Assembly: GCA_022605425.2 (NCBI GenBank) | Contig: JAKIMF020000005.1 | Coordinates: 62,001-126,000 of the forward strand | Length of the DNA stretch: 64,000 bases | Source of the DNA: Hamiltosporidium tvaerminnensis FI-OER-3-3 | Lineage: Eukaryota > Fungi > Microsporidia | Direction: 5' to 3' | Part shown: piece by piece, positions 12,986 through 25,599 of the stretch | Layout: each line of letters opens with the position of its first letter | Position numbering within the stretch: position 1 is the stretch's first letter | Notes under the pieces: model-generated | Databases searched by the model: none | The model's input: the letters and a program-made list of their open reading frames with translations, nothing else | Told to the model about the DNA's origin: nothing | Translations under genes and position numbers: made by a program

Positions 12986-13756
12986 TGCCAATTCTCTATA
13001 ATCCTGAATTACAACAGATTAAAAGAAACAAATGGTAAAATTAAATTTTTTCATCCTCGACACTGAGAGGTAAAAGAGAAATAGAATAAGTAAGTAAGCA
13101 AAGGAGATTTATTAGGTTTGCATTCGAGGAGGAATTGGATTTATAATATTCATTCACAAATTACATTCCGAAGTCTGAAACCCAAACGCAAGGAATATGG
13201 GATATATAAATAACGACAACTTGTTTCTACAATTAGATTCGTATATTATTACTTTTATTATAACGGGATATGTTTTTTCAACTAAATATCGTAATATTTA
13301 AGCTAGAAAGCTGAAATGATAATAATGGAACTAAACCCTTTTCTGAACGCTGAAAAATTATAAGAACCCGCAATTTAGTAAAAGAAAAAATTTTACAATA
13401 TGAGCACAGATAAAATCATGACCTAATCTTATATTAGATTCAAAATACCATTAAAAATCTCATCATAAAGCATGTAAAGCACTTAAATATTTTATTACCA
13501 ATACAAAAAGAACATCTCAAATTAAAATTTAGATTATATAAACAGTTGGGAAGGCTTCATACAATTTAAAAGTCTAATCTAATATAAATAAAATTGTTAT
13601 ATAGTAGTATTAAAAGTTAAAATCAGAAGATAATTTAACAGAAATCAAATATATCCTATTATTCGATTTAAAGTTTTTGATTTTTCGTTATTTTAAGAAA
13701 ATATAGAGAATAAATAAAAACGATATTAGAACTTAAAAAAAATTTATAAATTTATT

Positions 13757-15739
13757 TTAAATACTTATTGTACTCGAGTATTCGGGAGGGGAATAGATTT
13801 CATTCTGTTGTATAATTTTATTTAAGATTTTTTCATAGCTTTTCTTGTGCCCAAATTTTAAAAATACAAACTTGCAACGATAGATTTTACAATTTATCCA
13901 GGTAATCTTGAATTCAGACTTTATAAAACATATGAATATGTCATCTGGGTTTTCTTCAACACCTTTAGAACTATTAGATTTTTCAGATGCTTCATTAATT
14001 AGCTTTAGGATACTCTTATCCGTACTATAAATAGATCTCAACTCAGTATAAATCTCATCATATTTTCCCAAGAAAATCCTCATAAGAAAATTTTTGTTAA
14101 AGAACTCATAAATTCCTCTTTTATTATTAGGGGATTTTAGATGGCGTTGTAAATTAGTAATTAGTTGTATAATTAAATCCGTATTCCATTTATAGTCAAT
14201 CTTGCACACTGAATCAAATAGAAATCTAAATGAAGCTCGCATCATTATAGTAAAAAGATTGCAACTGAAATATTTTTTATAAACTGGAGCATTTGCAGAA
14301 TAATATTAAATTGTATTCAATATTCTATATGTCTCAACCTTCTGTGGATCAAAATTGAACCCATTTAGTAATTCTGAGAGCAATTTTCTGATAAAAAAAG
14401 TAATTTTATTTAGTGTAGTTATATAATGTAGTTTATTGCTATATAATTTTTCATCAAAAAGCAAATATGTTGAGTACTTTATAACAACCCAAATATAATG
14501 CATATATATTACATGGCCTTTCTTTATAGAAGTTTCAGTAAAATTACCACATTTTTCATAAATATAGTTTAATTCCACACAAATTATATTAAGTTGACTT
14601 TTTTTTACTTCAGAAATAATTTCAGAGTATTTTATTAGTTTAATCGTTTCAGCGATGCCGAATGCATCGAATTTTAAATACGATAAAACCTCTATTGCGA
14701 CAAGATTTTTACCAACCTCCAATATTTTATTGAAATCATAATTTTCTTTCAAAGTTTCAAGGGTAAAATCAAAGGTTTTATTCTTTGCATCATAAAATAG
14801 ATAATTTTTCACATTGAAACATTTCTCTATACACTCTAGATTCACTACTTTTTCGGATTTTTTTGGATATAATATGTCGCTTAGTTCGTCTTTTATGGTT
14901 GTAATAGACTTATCATGATCTTTTAATTCAACGTTGCATTTAAAAAGTTCCAAAAACTTAGGTTCGTTTTGAACATTGCGAATGTTCGGTTTTATTTTAT
15001 TTAATATCGTTTTTTGTTCTTTTTCTTGTTCTTTTTGTTCCGCTGGTTTTTTTTTGGTTTCTACAACACTTTGTTTTTTTCGCGATGAATGAATTATTCG
15101 TTCAGTTGGAATTAATCTATTTCTGCGAAAAGCTTTAGGAATATTAACTTTTTTTGTTATATTGTCATGATAATATAGATTGCTGGAAGAAATAGTATTA
15201 TTGTCATTTTTATATGGAATATATGGTTTTATAAGACCTTTGTCGGCTGTTTGTTGTGTTTCAAAGGATACATTTAATTTCAAACCCATGCGAGGATTAT
15301 GCTTTGCTATTATTTTCTGAAATCGCGATTTGGAGTCGACTTTTGAATAATTTTCCGAAATGGGTAAATTTGATGTGATAGCTGGGTTTTTTTGAGATTT
15401 TTCTTTGGGTATAATTTGTGATTGAATGTCTTCGCTAATAACTGATTTAACAGAATGATGTACATCGTTCATTTGATTTTCTCTGGGGATTTTTTTCAAA
15501 GGATCACCGTCTTCTCTTTCGGAAGTTTTTATGCCTGTCTTTGTTCTTTTGCACGATTCGGATTTTTCGAGGCATATTTCTGGGTTTTTTGAAATAAATG
15601 ATGCGATACGTCGGGGGTTTTCGACCTCCAAGATCGTTATTTCTTTGGGAAGAACTCTTTTTCCATTTTTTTGATCTAAAGAAGCATTAATATTAACTAA
15701 ATGCATAAAGAATCGATAAAAATGAACTAAATAATCCAT
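13757..15739 (-). pseudogene. ~660-codon hypothetical gene interrupted by one in-frame TAA (14306-14308)
   Basis: The 477-aa and 162-aa ORFs share a frame; reading through gives LNTI*YYSANAPVYKKYFSCNLFTIMMRAS with no other lesion. CCCC lies ~15 nt upstream of the ATG; signal-like N-terminus. Confidence 0.75.
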
Positions 15740-16777
15740 TTTCTAACGTGAAGGGGTAGATTTAAATTTTTTTATAGAAACGGGTGAATATATAAGAGAA
15801 GAAGCTTTTTAAATGCTAATGATACATATTGTATAAATTTAAATTTTATAATTTGTTTTCTTAATTTTTTCATTTAATCGATTAATTTAGAATATTTTAA
15901 ATAGATATAAAGTAGATAATCGAAAAAAGTACCTGAGAAAGTTATAATATTTATAGAACAAAAAGTCATGTTTCGAGATAATTACATTATTATTAATATT
16001 GTACTTCTATAACATTATATTGAGATAATCAAACCTAATTTTCAATGAGAAATAATTTGAATATTTTAAATCTTTTATAAATTTAATACCGAATAATAAA
16101 ATCATATAAAATGTAATTTATTTAAATTTTTTTAAAATCATAGTTTTAAAATATCAGATTATATTAGGTATACAATTTACATGAAAAATAACAGTTATTG
16201 TGTATTTATTTCTCTTTAAATTCAAACTTTATAATTTTTTTTTGCAATTAATTTTTTTTTAAAAATGATCTGAAGTATCAAAAATGGTAAATTTATAAAT
16301 TTTTTTTGATCTTTCAAATATTTTGTTGTATGGTAAAAAAAATATTTCAAGGATGTTCGAATTATAATATAATTGTATCTTCACTGTAAAAGAATATTGT
16401 TGTTAATAATATCTCATATTAAAAAAGTACTTCAAATTGAACTATCCATAATAAAATCCAATATAGAGGTCTTTAATCTGTAGAACAATTTAAAGAAAGT
16501 CAATATGCTTTTTAGAATAAAATCTCTATATAATTTATCAAATAAAATATTGCAGCAAATAACTCTAAACTATTAATTTCAGATAAATTTTAATGCTTGA
16601 AATGGGGAATGTGTTTTGGCATATCAAAGGAGAATATATAATGACATTTCTATAATTATTTAGAACTTTTAATGGTAGAATAATTACATTTATCAATTTT
16701 AGGAAAGCTAGCTCTTTAGTCTTTTAAAATTTTTTATTTCTAAATAAATGTTAAAAATAAAATACTTATATGCAGAC

Positions 16778-17266
16778 GTAGAATATAAGTGTAGTGTTGA
16801 GATAATCCCTTATGTGATGACCTGGGACGGTATTGTGACAAAATACCATTAATCTCATCTTAAAAGACTAGAAATACCCATGAATGTAGAGGCATACATT
16901 CAGTCTATAGTACTTAAGAAAACAGTCGAAACAATTTCCTTTGATCGACGAAGAGGACTTGAGTCAGGACTAAATGCCGAAGAGAGATGGGAGAGAGCGT
17001 CAATGGGTGTTATTATGAGATCAGAGATGCATGAGGAACCAATACCCCCTTTAAAAGAAGAGAAAAGAGAGGAAGATGGTGTTAAAATTTTAAAACCAAA
17101 AAATAATACACCTCTTATTTCACAAGGAGGAACCACTTTGGAGGAACCGACCAATAACATAAATGAAGAGTCGGATTTGAAAGAAGAGACAATAGTGGTT
17201 AAAGAGGTAGAAGAAAACATATAAAAATGGGAAAAAATATTTTAACCCAGAATTTTATTAAATAAA
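16778..17266 (+). mobile_element. 5'-truncated RLE non-LTR retrotransposon copy R2
   Basis: IIPYVMTWDGIVTKYH*SHLKRLEIPMNVEAYIQSIVLKKTVETISFDRRRG; ends in TTAACCCAGAATTTTATTAAATAAA like the other copies. Confidence 0.9.
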
Positions 17267-18049
17267 TATATAACAAAAATAATTTTATTTCATACTCAAA
17301 TTATAAATTAAATTTATATATTTTTGCAAAAGCTGACAAGTAATTATTATTTTTGCTTAGAAAAATATTTTCTCAATAAATAAAATTTGTTTAATCAAGC
17401 GAGAACTATAAAGAGAATATTTATAAATTACATTTAAGTTCAAATAATCGGGTTAACCTTCGATGAAAGCCTGAAGAATTTTTTATATTTGAATCTTTAA
17501 ATCGCAAATATAAATGAACGAATTAAAACATAAAATATACACAGGTTAAATAGATATTTAAATTTAGCCTTAAAATTTTCCATCTCAAACGTAATTAATC
17601 TTTCTATTCATATGATACCTTGTAACGGCAAAGAGCTATTTATCAAAATCTCCAAAATGCAAATAAAAAAACGACAGTAACTTGTAGGAAAATTTCTATT
17701 AGAAAAACAAGAGTTGGATAATATATGTTATGCTTGAAATACAAATCCAAACTGCACAATTTTTTCAGTAGAAAATGTTCATTTCAGCCGTGCTTTTGTG
17801 ATTAAAAACATAAGGATGTTGTTTCAATATAATTGAAAACTCAAAAATCCAAATTCCTAATATAATTGATATCTTAAGGATTCAAATTTCAATTTCCATA
17901 GCAACAAACAGATCAATGCATAGATTTTCAGGTGAAGGCACCGCAAACTCTACTAAGGGTGTGCGTTCGTTTATACTGAAAAGTTGCATTTAATCTTGTA
18001 AAAAAATTGGTAAACCTAGAAAAATAGTAAAAAATCACTTAACAGCTAT

Positions 18050-18420
18050 GAGCAGGAGAATCTATAATAGAGGTTTTCTTATTGATCAACAATGGGTGTT
18101 TGAAGCTTTTTCTAGAACAACAAAGAAGTTCTTGTCAAATTGTTCAAAATAGAACTTTAGGTGGATTTAAATCGCTGTTTATACTTCCATGGCTTTAATA
18201 AGTACAGTAACTCTGATACCCATCATTCATACCTATCATTATTTGGGACTCATGATTATTCTTGTGATTGTGCAACAACTCAACAAATTTTGTTTTGTAT
18301 CGAGTATCATACACATACGATGAAAATTTATAGGCGAAATAAAAACGTCACAGACAAACATAGTTTTAACAATAGTTTTAAGTAGAATGATTGTTGTACA
18401 AGTTAATTTTAAAGAAAAAT
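18050..18420 (+). mobile_element. Merlin (IS1595/ISXO2-like) transposase relic
   Basis: Fragments YNRGFLIDQQWVF(E)AFSRTT, VQNRT, SDTHHSYLSL and HTHT follow the Merlin DDE motif order (YNRG..WVFG..ER, V.NR, SD.W..Y..L, HTQ.IE); frameshifted. Confidence 0.7.
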
Positions 18421-19898
18421 CATCAATGTAAAACTCAAGGTAGGCTGCGTTTAAAATTCTAGACTGTATATTACATAAATTGGATATATTTACAGTCGTA
18501 TTTAATCTTGATTCCATGTTCAAAATCGCAAAAAAACTATGATGAAATGCCATCTCCTCGGACTTACAACAATTTTTTCTTTTTAAAAAAAAAAATTTAA
18601 AAATTTCCACCGTTTTAATTATATTTTAATATTCTATATGCTCGCTTTTGGAAGATTTTCGTACTAAAAATGCACGTAATTTTTTCTTGTTATATTATTT
18701 TGTCCCCCCTCTATTTTATTTTGTCCTATTCTTGAATACTTTTTCTTGTAACTTTGGTCAATTAGGGTAAAAACTTTTTTCGAAATCTTTAATTTAACGT
18801 GTATTTTAGCAACTTAGGTCTTATATTCTTTATTTTTTAAAATTTTTATACTTTTAGATTTTTAGATTAAAAGTTAAAGGTGTTAAATTTTAAAAGGAAA
18901 GCAAAAAACCTCTGAGAAAGCAAGCATATAAAATACGAATTGAGGAAAAATACTTTGACATTTTTTTTATTTCGTGATACTTTTTTTTGAAATTATTTTT
19001 TGGATTTCTTTTCTTTTAAATTTTTTTATAATTTCATTTTTATTTTTTTTAAATTATTTTTGCTATTTTTATAATTTTTTCTTCTAATTTTCTTTTTTTA
19101 ATATATTAAAATCTTTAATTTCCACCAAAAAAGTAAATTTCCTAGCAAAAAACATAACTACGACTCTTCTTTTCAGACTCCATAAGATTTAGCACATGTG
19201 ATTATCTGCTTGATTGTACCTCGAGCTACGGTAAATTTTAGCAGGGTGAGTCAATAAAAACTACAAAATCAATAAGATTTTTCTATATATATGAAAATTA
19301 ATAATTTAGCTATTTATGGTAAAATTAGAAAAATTCATGCAATTTTTTTCAGGTTTCATCGAAAGTCCAACGTGATAAACCAAGCCATGATAATATTAGC
19401 TTTTGCTTTTCACTCTAAGTATTTTGTAACATGGTTTAATGGCTGCTTAATGGCCTTAAAAATCATTTTTTTTTTTGAGAAAAATTTTAATTTCAGACCA
19501 ACAAAAAAGTAAAAAAAATTTTGTTTTTAATTTAGATCATATGTTTCATATAAACTTTATCATAATTAAAAGATATATGGAGTAATTGCAAAGGTATTAA
19601 TATTATATATTTATTTCATTTTAAACAGTTTTAAAATGAGTTGGTATTTCGTATTTTCACACAATTTTTCAAGCTTTATTATCACATAAAATCGATTTCT
19701 AAGATTAAATTATGTTTCAAATAAATTTAAGTTTTTGTTAAAATTGAGTGTTCCTAGTTAATATGTTGATCATTTTTTGCAATATAAGGAAAGTAATTTT
19801 TTAAAATTCTCTAAAATTTTCCGAATTAGACAAATTATGATTCAAAAGTATTAAAAAAAAATTTTATTCATATTTGAAAAACGCTTTAAATAAAGCCC

Positions 19899-22154
19899 AT
19901 GAATTTTTTGCATGTCTTTAATTGTTTAAAAGCTTTCAATTCAAATTTTTTGGGCAAAATTATACATTTGAATGTAATTTTTTACTTCTCAAATATAATA
20001 TGTGGCAATAATTTGTGAATAGCGTTTAAGTTGAGTTCAAATGTAAAACTGCTCAGATGTTTAAATGGAATAGAATATAAAATCAGAATCATCGATGCCA
20101 ATGAATTTGTAAAATATAAATGTATTCGTTTTTCGAATTCGAAAAAATCTAAGAAAATAAAAATTTCGAAATATAAACTGATTATTATTCAACTTTGCAT
20201 AAAATATCATAACAACTTCAAAGTATATTTTGATTTTCTTGATAAATATTTCAATAACAATAATTACATCAGAAATCCGATCTATTTAGAGGAATATATT
20301 TCAATGGAATCGTTTTTTGTCTTTTTGAATTCAATTACGGGCTTCGAATTTATGAAACGCGAAAGAATACTCAACATGAGTGAATTTATAGCTATTTTGG
20401 GTTTATTTGATTTTTTTATCCCAAAAAAGAATACCGATTACTCATACGTTGTTTTCTCTTTGCTAAAGGATGGTATATCGAATAGTCTCAATAGAGATGA
20501 AATTGAAAATCTGGCTATAAAATTTAGATCGCTTTTTAACATTGAATTTTGCTTGCATCTTTTATTGCGTCTGTTTGAAAAATTAAGTCTTCAGGCGATT
20601 TCCAAAAAAAATTACATCACACTTTACACAAACGGTATTGAAATTCACACTCATAGAAAATCAAATATAAATTATTCTGAATCGTATCATTTAAGTCTTG
20701 ATGCACATGTTATGAATTCTATAATGTCTGGTTTGAATAACCAATATCTTAGAAATTTATTTGACCTAATATTTTCGATTAATAATATAAATTCTCTTAG
20801 ATTATTTCGAAATTATAAGTGTATTTTAAAGAACTAGGAATCTAATATAAGCTTGCTACTGATTTTGAAGGATGATCAACCAAGAATTATAGACTGTTTT
20901 AATACAATGAAACAATTTTTTTCTTTCATAGATGGTAGCATTTATAAAAATTCTTTAGAAAGCATATTGACAGATATTATTTCTACAGATTCTGAAATCT
21001 GCAACGATTTAAATACATTTAAGAGTTTAAAACATTTATATTTAGCGTATAACCGTTTCGAAAAACATATGCCGTTTGTTTTTACTCAAATTCCAAAATT
21101 TTTACAAGAATTAAGACTGCGTAACATGGAGATTACTTCGGAGAATTTAGAATCTGTTTTGAATTCGAATATAGTGACCCTTCTTTTTGATAATTGCATA
21201 TTTTCAAATATAGTGTTCAAAGAGAGATTTAAATATTCCATCTTTAAAAAATGTAAGAATTTTTATGTTTTAGACTGCCAATATGATCTCTTCTTTCTTA
21301 GATTATTGTGGGGATTTTCTTGTTTGGAAATAATCTCAATCGTAAATGCAAAATATGTTTCTGAAATGCCTGTTCCAAATCGAAGAGATACCTTTTTAAA
21401 AAAAATAAAGCATTTTAATATTCCTAATGTGGACGAATCTCTTACTTCTTGTTTTTTTAAGAATCTAAAATTTTCTAGGAGTTTAGAATATTTAAACGCT
21501 AGTGTTTATTTGAGTTTGGAAAATGATTTTTGCAAATTGATAGAATCGAATATTTTTAATAGTATCGAGGAAATTTGTATACATTCAAATGAGGGAAACA
21601 GATTTATATTCGATCGTCTTTTAACGTTAAATCAACTCAAAACTTTAGACCTTAGATTTTTAAGTATTCCGAACAAGTCATTGATAGAACTTTATAGGAG
21701 TAAACTTATTGAAACTATCCAGACATTAAAAATAGGGGATTATACTTTTGATATAGAAGAATATGATATTTTTTGTAAGATGCCCAAATTAGTAAATTTA
21801 GTATTTTATAAAGTATCGTTTGATTCAAACTTCAAGTTAATTTTTGGTCTTATATCTCCTGATAGAATTATTGGATCTATCCATATTGAATATTGTTCTT
21901 TAAGCGAAGATGATCTTAGGTATATTTCTAAATTAAAAATTAGTTCTTTAATACTGATTCATACGCAAAAAAATCTTCTTCAAATATATTATAATTTGAT
22001 TGAAGGTGTTATTAGGGATACTTTGGTTATGTTAAAAATTTACGATGAAACAGAAACAAATGTGGCAGCGGTGAATTTATATTTAGCTAAATTTGTTAAA
22101 CTGGAAATTTTTATTGTAAATGATCAGAAATATGATCTTTACACACCCCGTTAG
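19899..22154 (+). pseudogene. ~750-codon LRR protein gene with two in-frame stops (TGA 20016-20018, TAG 20835-20837)
   Basis: CCC-ATG at 19899 is in frame with ORFs 20031-20837 and 20853-22154; LxxLxL repeats (LKHLYL, LQELRL, LKTLDL, LEYLNA); no frameshift. Confidence 0.8.
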
Positions 22155-23490
22155 GTTGTTATTAAAATTAAAATAATTAAATTTGATTTTGATATATCAA
22201 ATTTAAGTGAAGCAATATTTATAAAAACTTTTTCATCTTTGTTGTTGTTTAAAAATTATTTGCTCTTTAAAATTCATCGTTTCATTTTAAAATCTTCTAA
22301 AGATAAGAATTGAATTTTTTGAATTATGATGATTTTCTAATCTTTGACTGAAGACATAAATCTAGAGAAGAAATATAATATGAGTCGAATTTTTTAGGGC
22401 ACATTTCTTTTTTGCTGCTTCTGCTAATTGTGGAAATGAAAAAATGGGATGTATTTGTGGCAAACTAATGAGTCTTGTTTATGGTTTGTATTAATATTAT
22501 ATTCCATGAGATAACTGAGCTGATATTGGCGCAGAATAACATAGGATTAATTTTACCGGACACATATGCTTATATAATAGATGGACATGGCGTTTATTTA
22601 CTTACAAAAGACCCCAAAGTTATCGTTTTTATCGGTGAGAGAATCGGGCGATAATAAATGCATATTAGAGTCTAGAAAATGTATCAGATAATAGCATATC
22701 TGTATCAGAAGGAATTCGGTTGTCTGTTTCCGAATACAGAATATATTACAAGAGAGAAGAAAGCATAAAGCTAACATCAAGGCAAATATCGGATTTATGA
22801 TTTTGTATACTACAAGTTAAAAGGAAGATTTGATTAAATCATTATAAATGAGCCAAATATCAAAGAGAGTGAAAAAGCGGTTAAAACCGATGAAGCATAT
22901 CAAGAAATAAGCTTAACATGGAATTAAATAAATATATAGATGTTTCATACAAATTTTTTTACCCCAAGATTTCATTGAGTTTAATGAGACTACTGATCAA
23001 AGAAAGATGTTTGAAGGTTATTATAAAAGTATTGTCTTAGATAATGATCGAATCTTTAAACCATAATTATTATTTTAGACGAAATGTAAACGGTTTTTCA
23101 AATTGATAATTTATTGGCAATTCTCCAATATGTAAATAAAACCGCGCAAAGCTTAAATGAGAATAAAATCATCTCATACATTATTTGGAAGCCATATAAA
23201 ATTCAATTAAGTATAATAATTTTTTTGAACACGAGCAGATGTTTTTTTTAAACGTTCTTAAAATATTAAGATAGAACATTATATTTGATGGAAAATTATG
23301 AATGATTAATCCTAAAACGCACATTTTCAATATAACTTTACTTGAATATATTGTGTTAGATTTTAAATTTGGCTGAAAAGATGATTTTATACTCTTTTGA
23401 TTTTCAAACTTGGATACAAAAGTAAAAATAAATTTTTGTTTTATATGTTAAATTGACTTAGAAAATTTAAATGAAAGCAAGATATAAAGA

Positions 23491-24221
23491 ATATTTATTT
23501 GGAAATATCACATCTTTTTACAATAGTGGCAAGTGTTATATTTGTTTTCATGACATTAACGCAGTTCTAGGTTTAACATAAATAACTGCTACCCCAACAC
23601 TCCATCGGTAACCCCTGCGATACCTACGTCCCAAAGCCTTTCATCTACCAGGTGTGTAGAACCTAATTAATAGGCGAGGCAGTTGCCCGGAGTTCGTTAA
23701 TGTCCGTTGCATGGAGTGTGATCGAAGGCCGAAGCCGCCCCTGGGCTCCCCCAAGACTATGCAGCATTCCCACTTACTCTACACTTTCTGAACCCAATAA
23801 ACTTCTAGCTAAGATATATTTCAGAGACTTACATGGGGTCCACCTAGACAGTGCAATGTCATACCAACAGGTATAACCTGCTACTTAGCTCTCCCGGCTT
23901 TTAATGTGTTTTATTTTTATATCTCCCAGGCGCTAAGTCTTCTAACCCGAGTGAGCAAGGCTAGGTTTCCATGCTTTTACATGGCGATTACCTACATGTT
24001 CAGCTGCGGTCTGCAATCTGGTTACATAAAAAACTACAAATAAATTCGTAGAAAAAGTTTCACCATTTCTTAGACCTCTCCTCCTCATACAAACTCCCAT
24101 GGAACAACCGAAGATGTAGTGTGGTTTTATTCCCACCAAAAATCCAAACAATGATCTCACACCAGTTTCACACACTCATTGCCAAGCAGAAAGTTTTTTA
24201 TGTGGTTATCCTCCCTCCACC
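23491..24221 (-). repeat. Module M copy M1: ~730-bp structured non-coding repeat (ncRNA/SINE-like)
   Basis: Full-length similarity to 50421-51145 and 57678-58398; starts GTGGAGGGAGGATAACCAC and ends at AATAAA; many helices, including a C(UUCG)G tetraloop. Confidence 0.9.
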
Positions 24222-24242
24222 TGAAAGCAAGATAAATAAATA

Positions 24243-25184
24243 TTTTTATTTAATAAAATTCTGGGTTAACAAATTTTTCTTTTTAAATATTTCTTTCCAC
24301 CATTTCAACCACTTCTATCTCTTCCTCCAACTCCAACTCTTCATTTGTATTAGTTGTTGGTTCCTTTGCTGTGGTTATGCCATCCAAAATAAGGGGTAAA
24401 ATATTTTTTGTATTTTCCGTTTTAACATCATCTTCCTCGTTGTCTACTTGCTTTAAAGGGGGTATTGGTTGTTTATGCATCTCAGCTCCTAAGATAACAC
24501 TTAATGATGCTCTCTCCCAGCTCTCCTCGGCATTTGGACCAGACTCAAGTCCTCTTCGTCGATCAAAAGAAATTGTTTCGACTGTCTTCTTGAGTACCAT
24601 GGATTGTATATATGCCTCTACATTCATGGGTATTTGCAGTCTCTTAACATACGTCTTATGGTATTTTGTCACAATACCGTCCCAGGTCATCACATAAGGA
24701 ATTATCTCTACATTGCATTTATAAATAAGACCTAACTCATTTGCTAATAGGTCATACTTCCTAAGCTTCTCTGTTTCAACTATTTGAAGAGAGTCTTGGG
24801 ATGTGATTCCTACTTCAATGAGGGTTATCCTATTCTGTCTCTTGTGTAAAATAAATATATCTGGTCTGTTACACCGGATCTTGACATCAGTTTTTATTCT
24901 GGTGTCCACTCTTATCTCTGCATATTCGTTATCAAGAATTTCTTGAACTGAGTGGCTTCTAATTCGTTTCGAAGACTTAAACTTATATTTATTCAGCAAG
25001 AGTAAATGTATACATCGTACCACTTCATTATGTCGTCTAGTATAGTCATGACCAAGCATTTTTTCACATCTCGTTGCTAAGTGATCAACAGTTTTCCTAG
25101 ACTGGTTGCAGTGTTGACACATACCTTCTGCACCTCAGAAAACATTTCTATCCTGGACATAACAGAACACTGCTTCATCACGTG
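24243..25184 (-). mobile_element. 5'-truncated RLE non-LTR retrotransposon copy R3 with 14-bp TSD; intact C-terminal ORF 24283-25122
   Basis: CCHC knuckle CQHC-x7-H-x4-C, RRHN, RPD, LIEVGIT and KLRKY (PD-(D/E)xK endonuclease of R2/R4/NeSL-group elements). Direct repeat AAGATAAATAAATA at 24229-24242 and 25185-25198. Confidence 0.95.
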
Positions 25185-25599
25185 AAGATAAATAAATACT
25201 TATATTTTTTTTTATTATTATCTATGTTTATTATAGAAAAACCGATTGCAAATTCTTAGACTATATACATTTTCTAATTTTTTAAATTATAAACTTCTTA
25301 TCACTTATGAATGCGAATTCTCGAAGAAAAATTTCAGGATTCAAAAAATTGCTAATTAGAAAAATTTTAATCAACAAAAAACATTTTTCTTAATAAAATA
25401 TATTTATTGTTCTACGTCTCTTATGTAAAACTTTGAATTTTAAAAACATCGTTATTTTGGTTTCGATTGAATTTACACCTTTAATGTAGCTAAATAAAAA
25501 ATATAAATAGTCAAAAATCAAAATACATCCAGAATAAGAATATCGAGGTGGGATTTTTTTATCTGTATATGTGAAATCAAATTATTTTCATGATATGTG

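Noticed and set aside
19242-19260. CAGGGTGAGTCA mariner-like TIR
   Set aside because: Not preceded by TA, no partner end and no transposase.
13757-22154. Genome-wide stop-codon reassignment
   Set aside because: The internal stops are three different codons, and TAA and TGA end intact genes here (TAG ends the LRR frame at 22154).
23811-23943. Group I intron R/S-like words (TTCAGAGACTTA, AAGATATA) on the + strand of M1
   Set aside because: The S-like word precedes the R-like word; no P/Q elements and no interrupted host gene.
23942-24175. 77-aa ORF inside M
   Set aside because: Non-ATG start; the frame is not conserved in other copies.
23625-24221. Twister, hammerhead or HDV ribozyme in M (GTCCCAAAGCC, GTGGAGGG)
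   Set aside because: The twister-like words lie on opposite strands; there is no CUGANGA/GAAA core and no HDV nested pseudoknot that I could build by eye.
23491-25184. M as the 3' UTR of the RLE element
   Set aside because: The TSD closes R3 before M begins; five RLE copies lack M and three M copies lack RLE.
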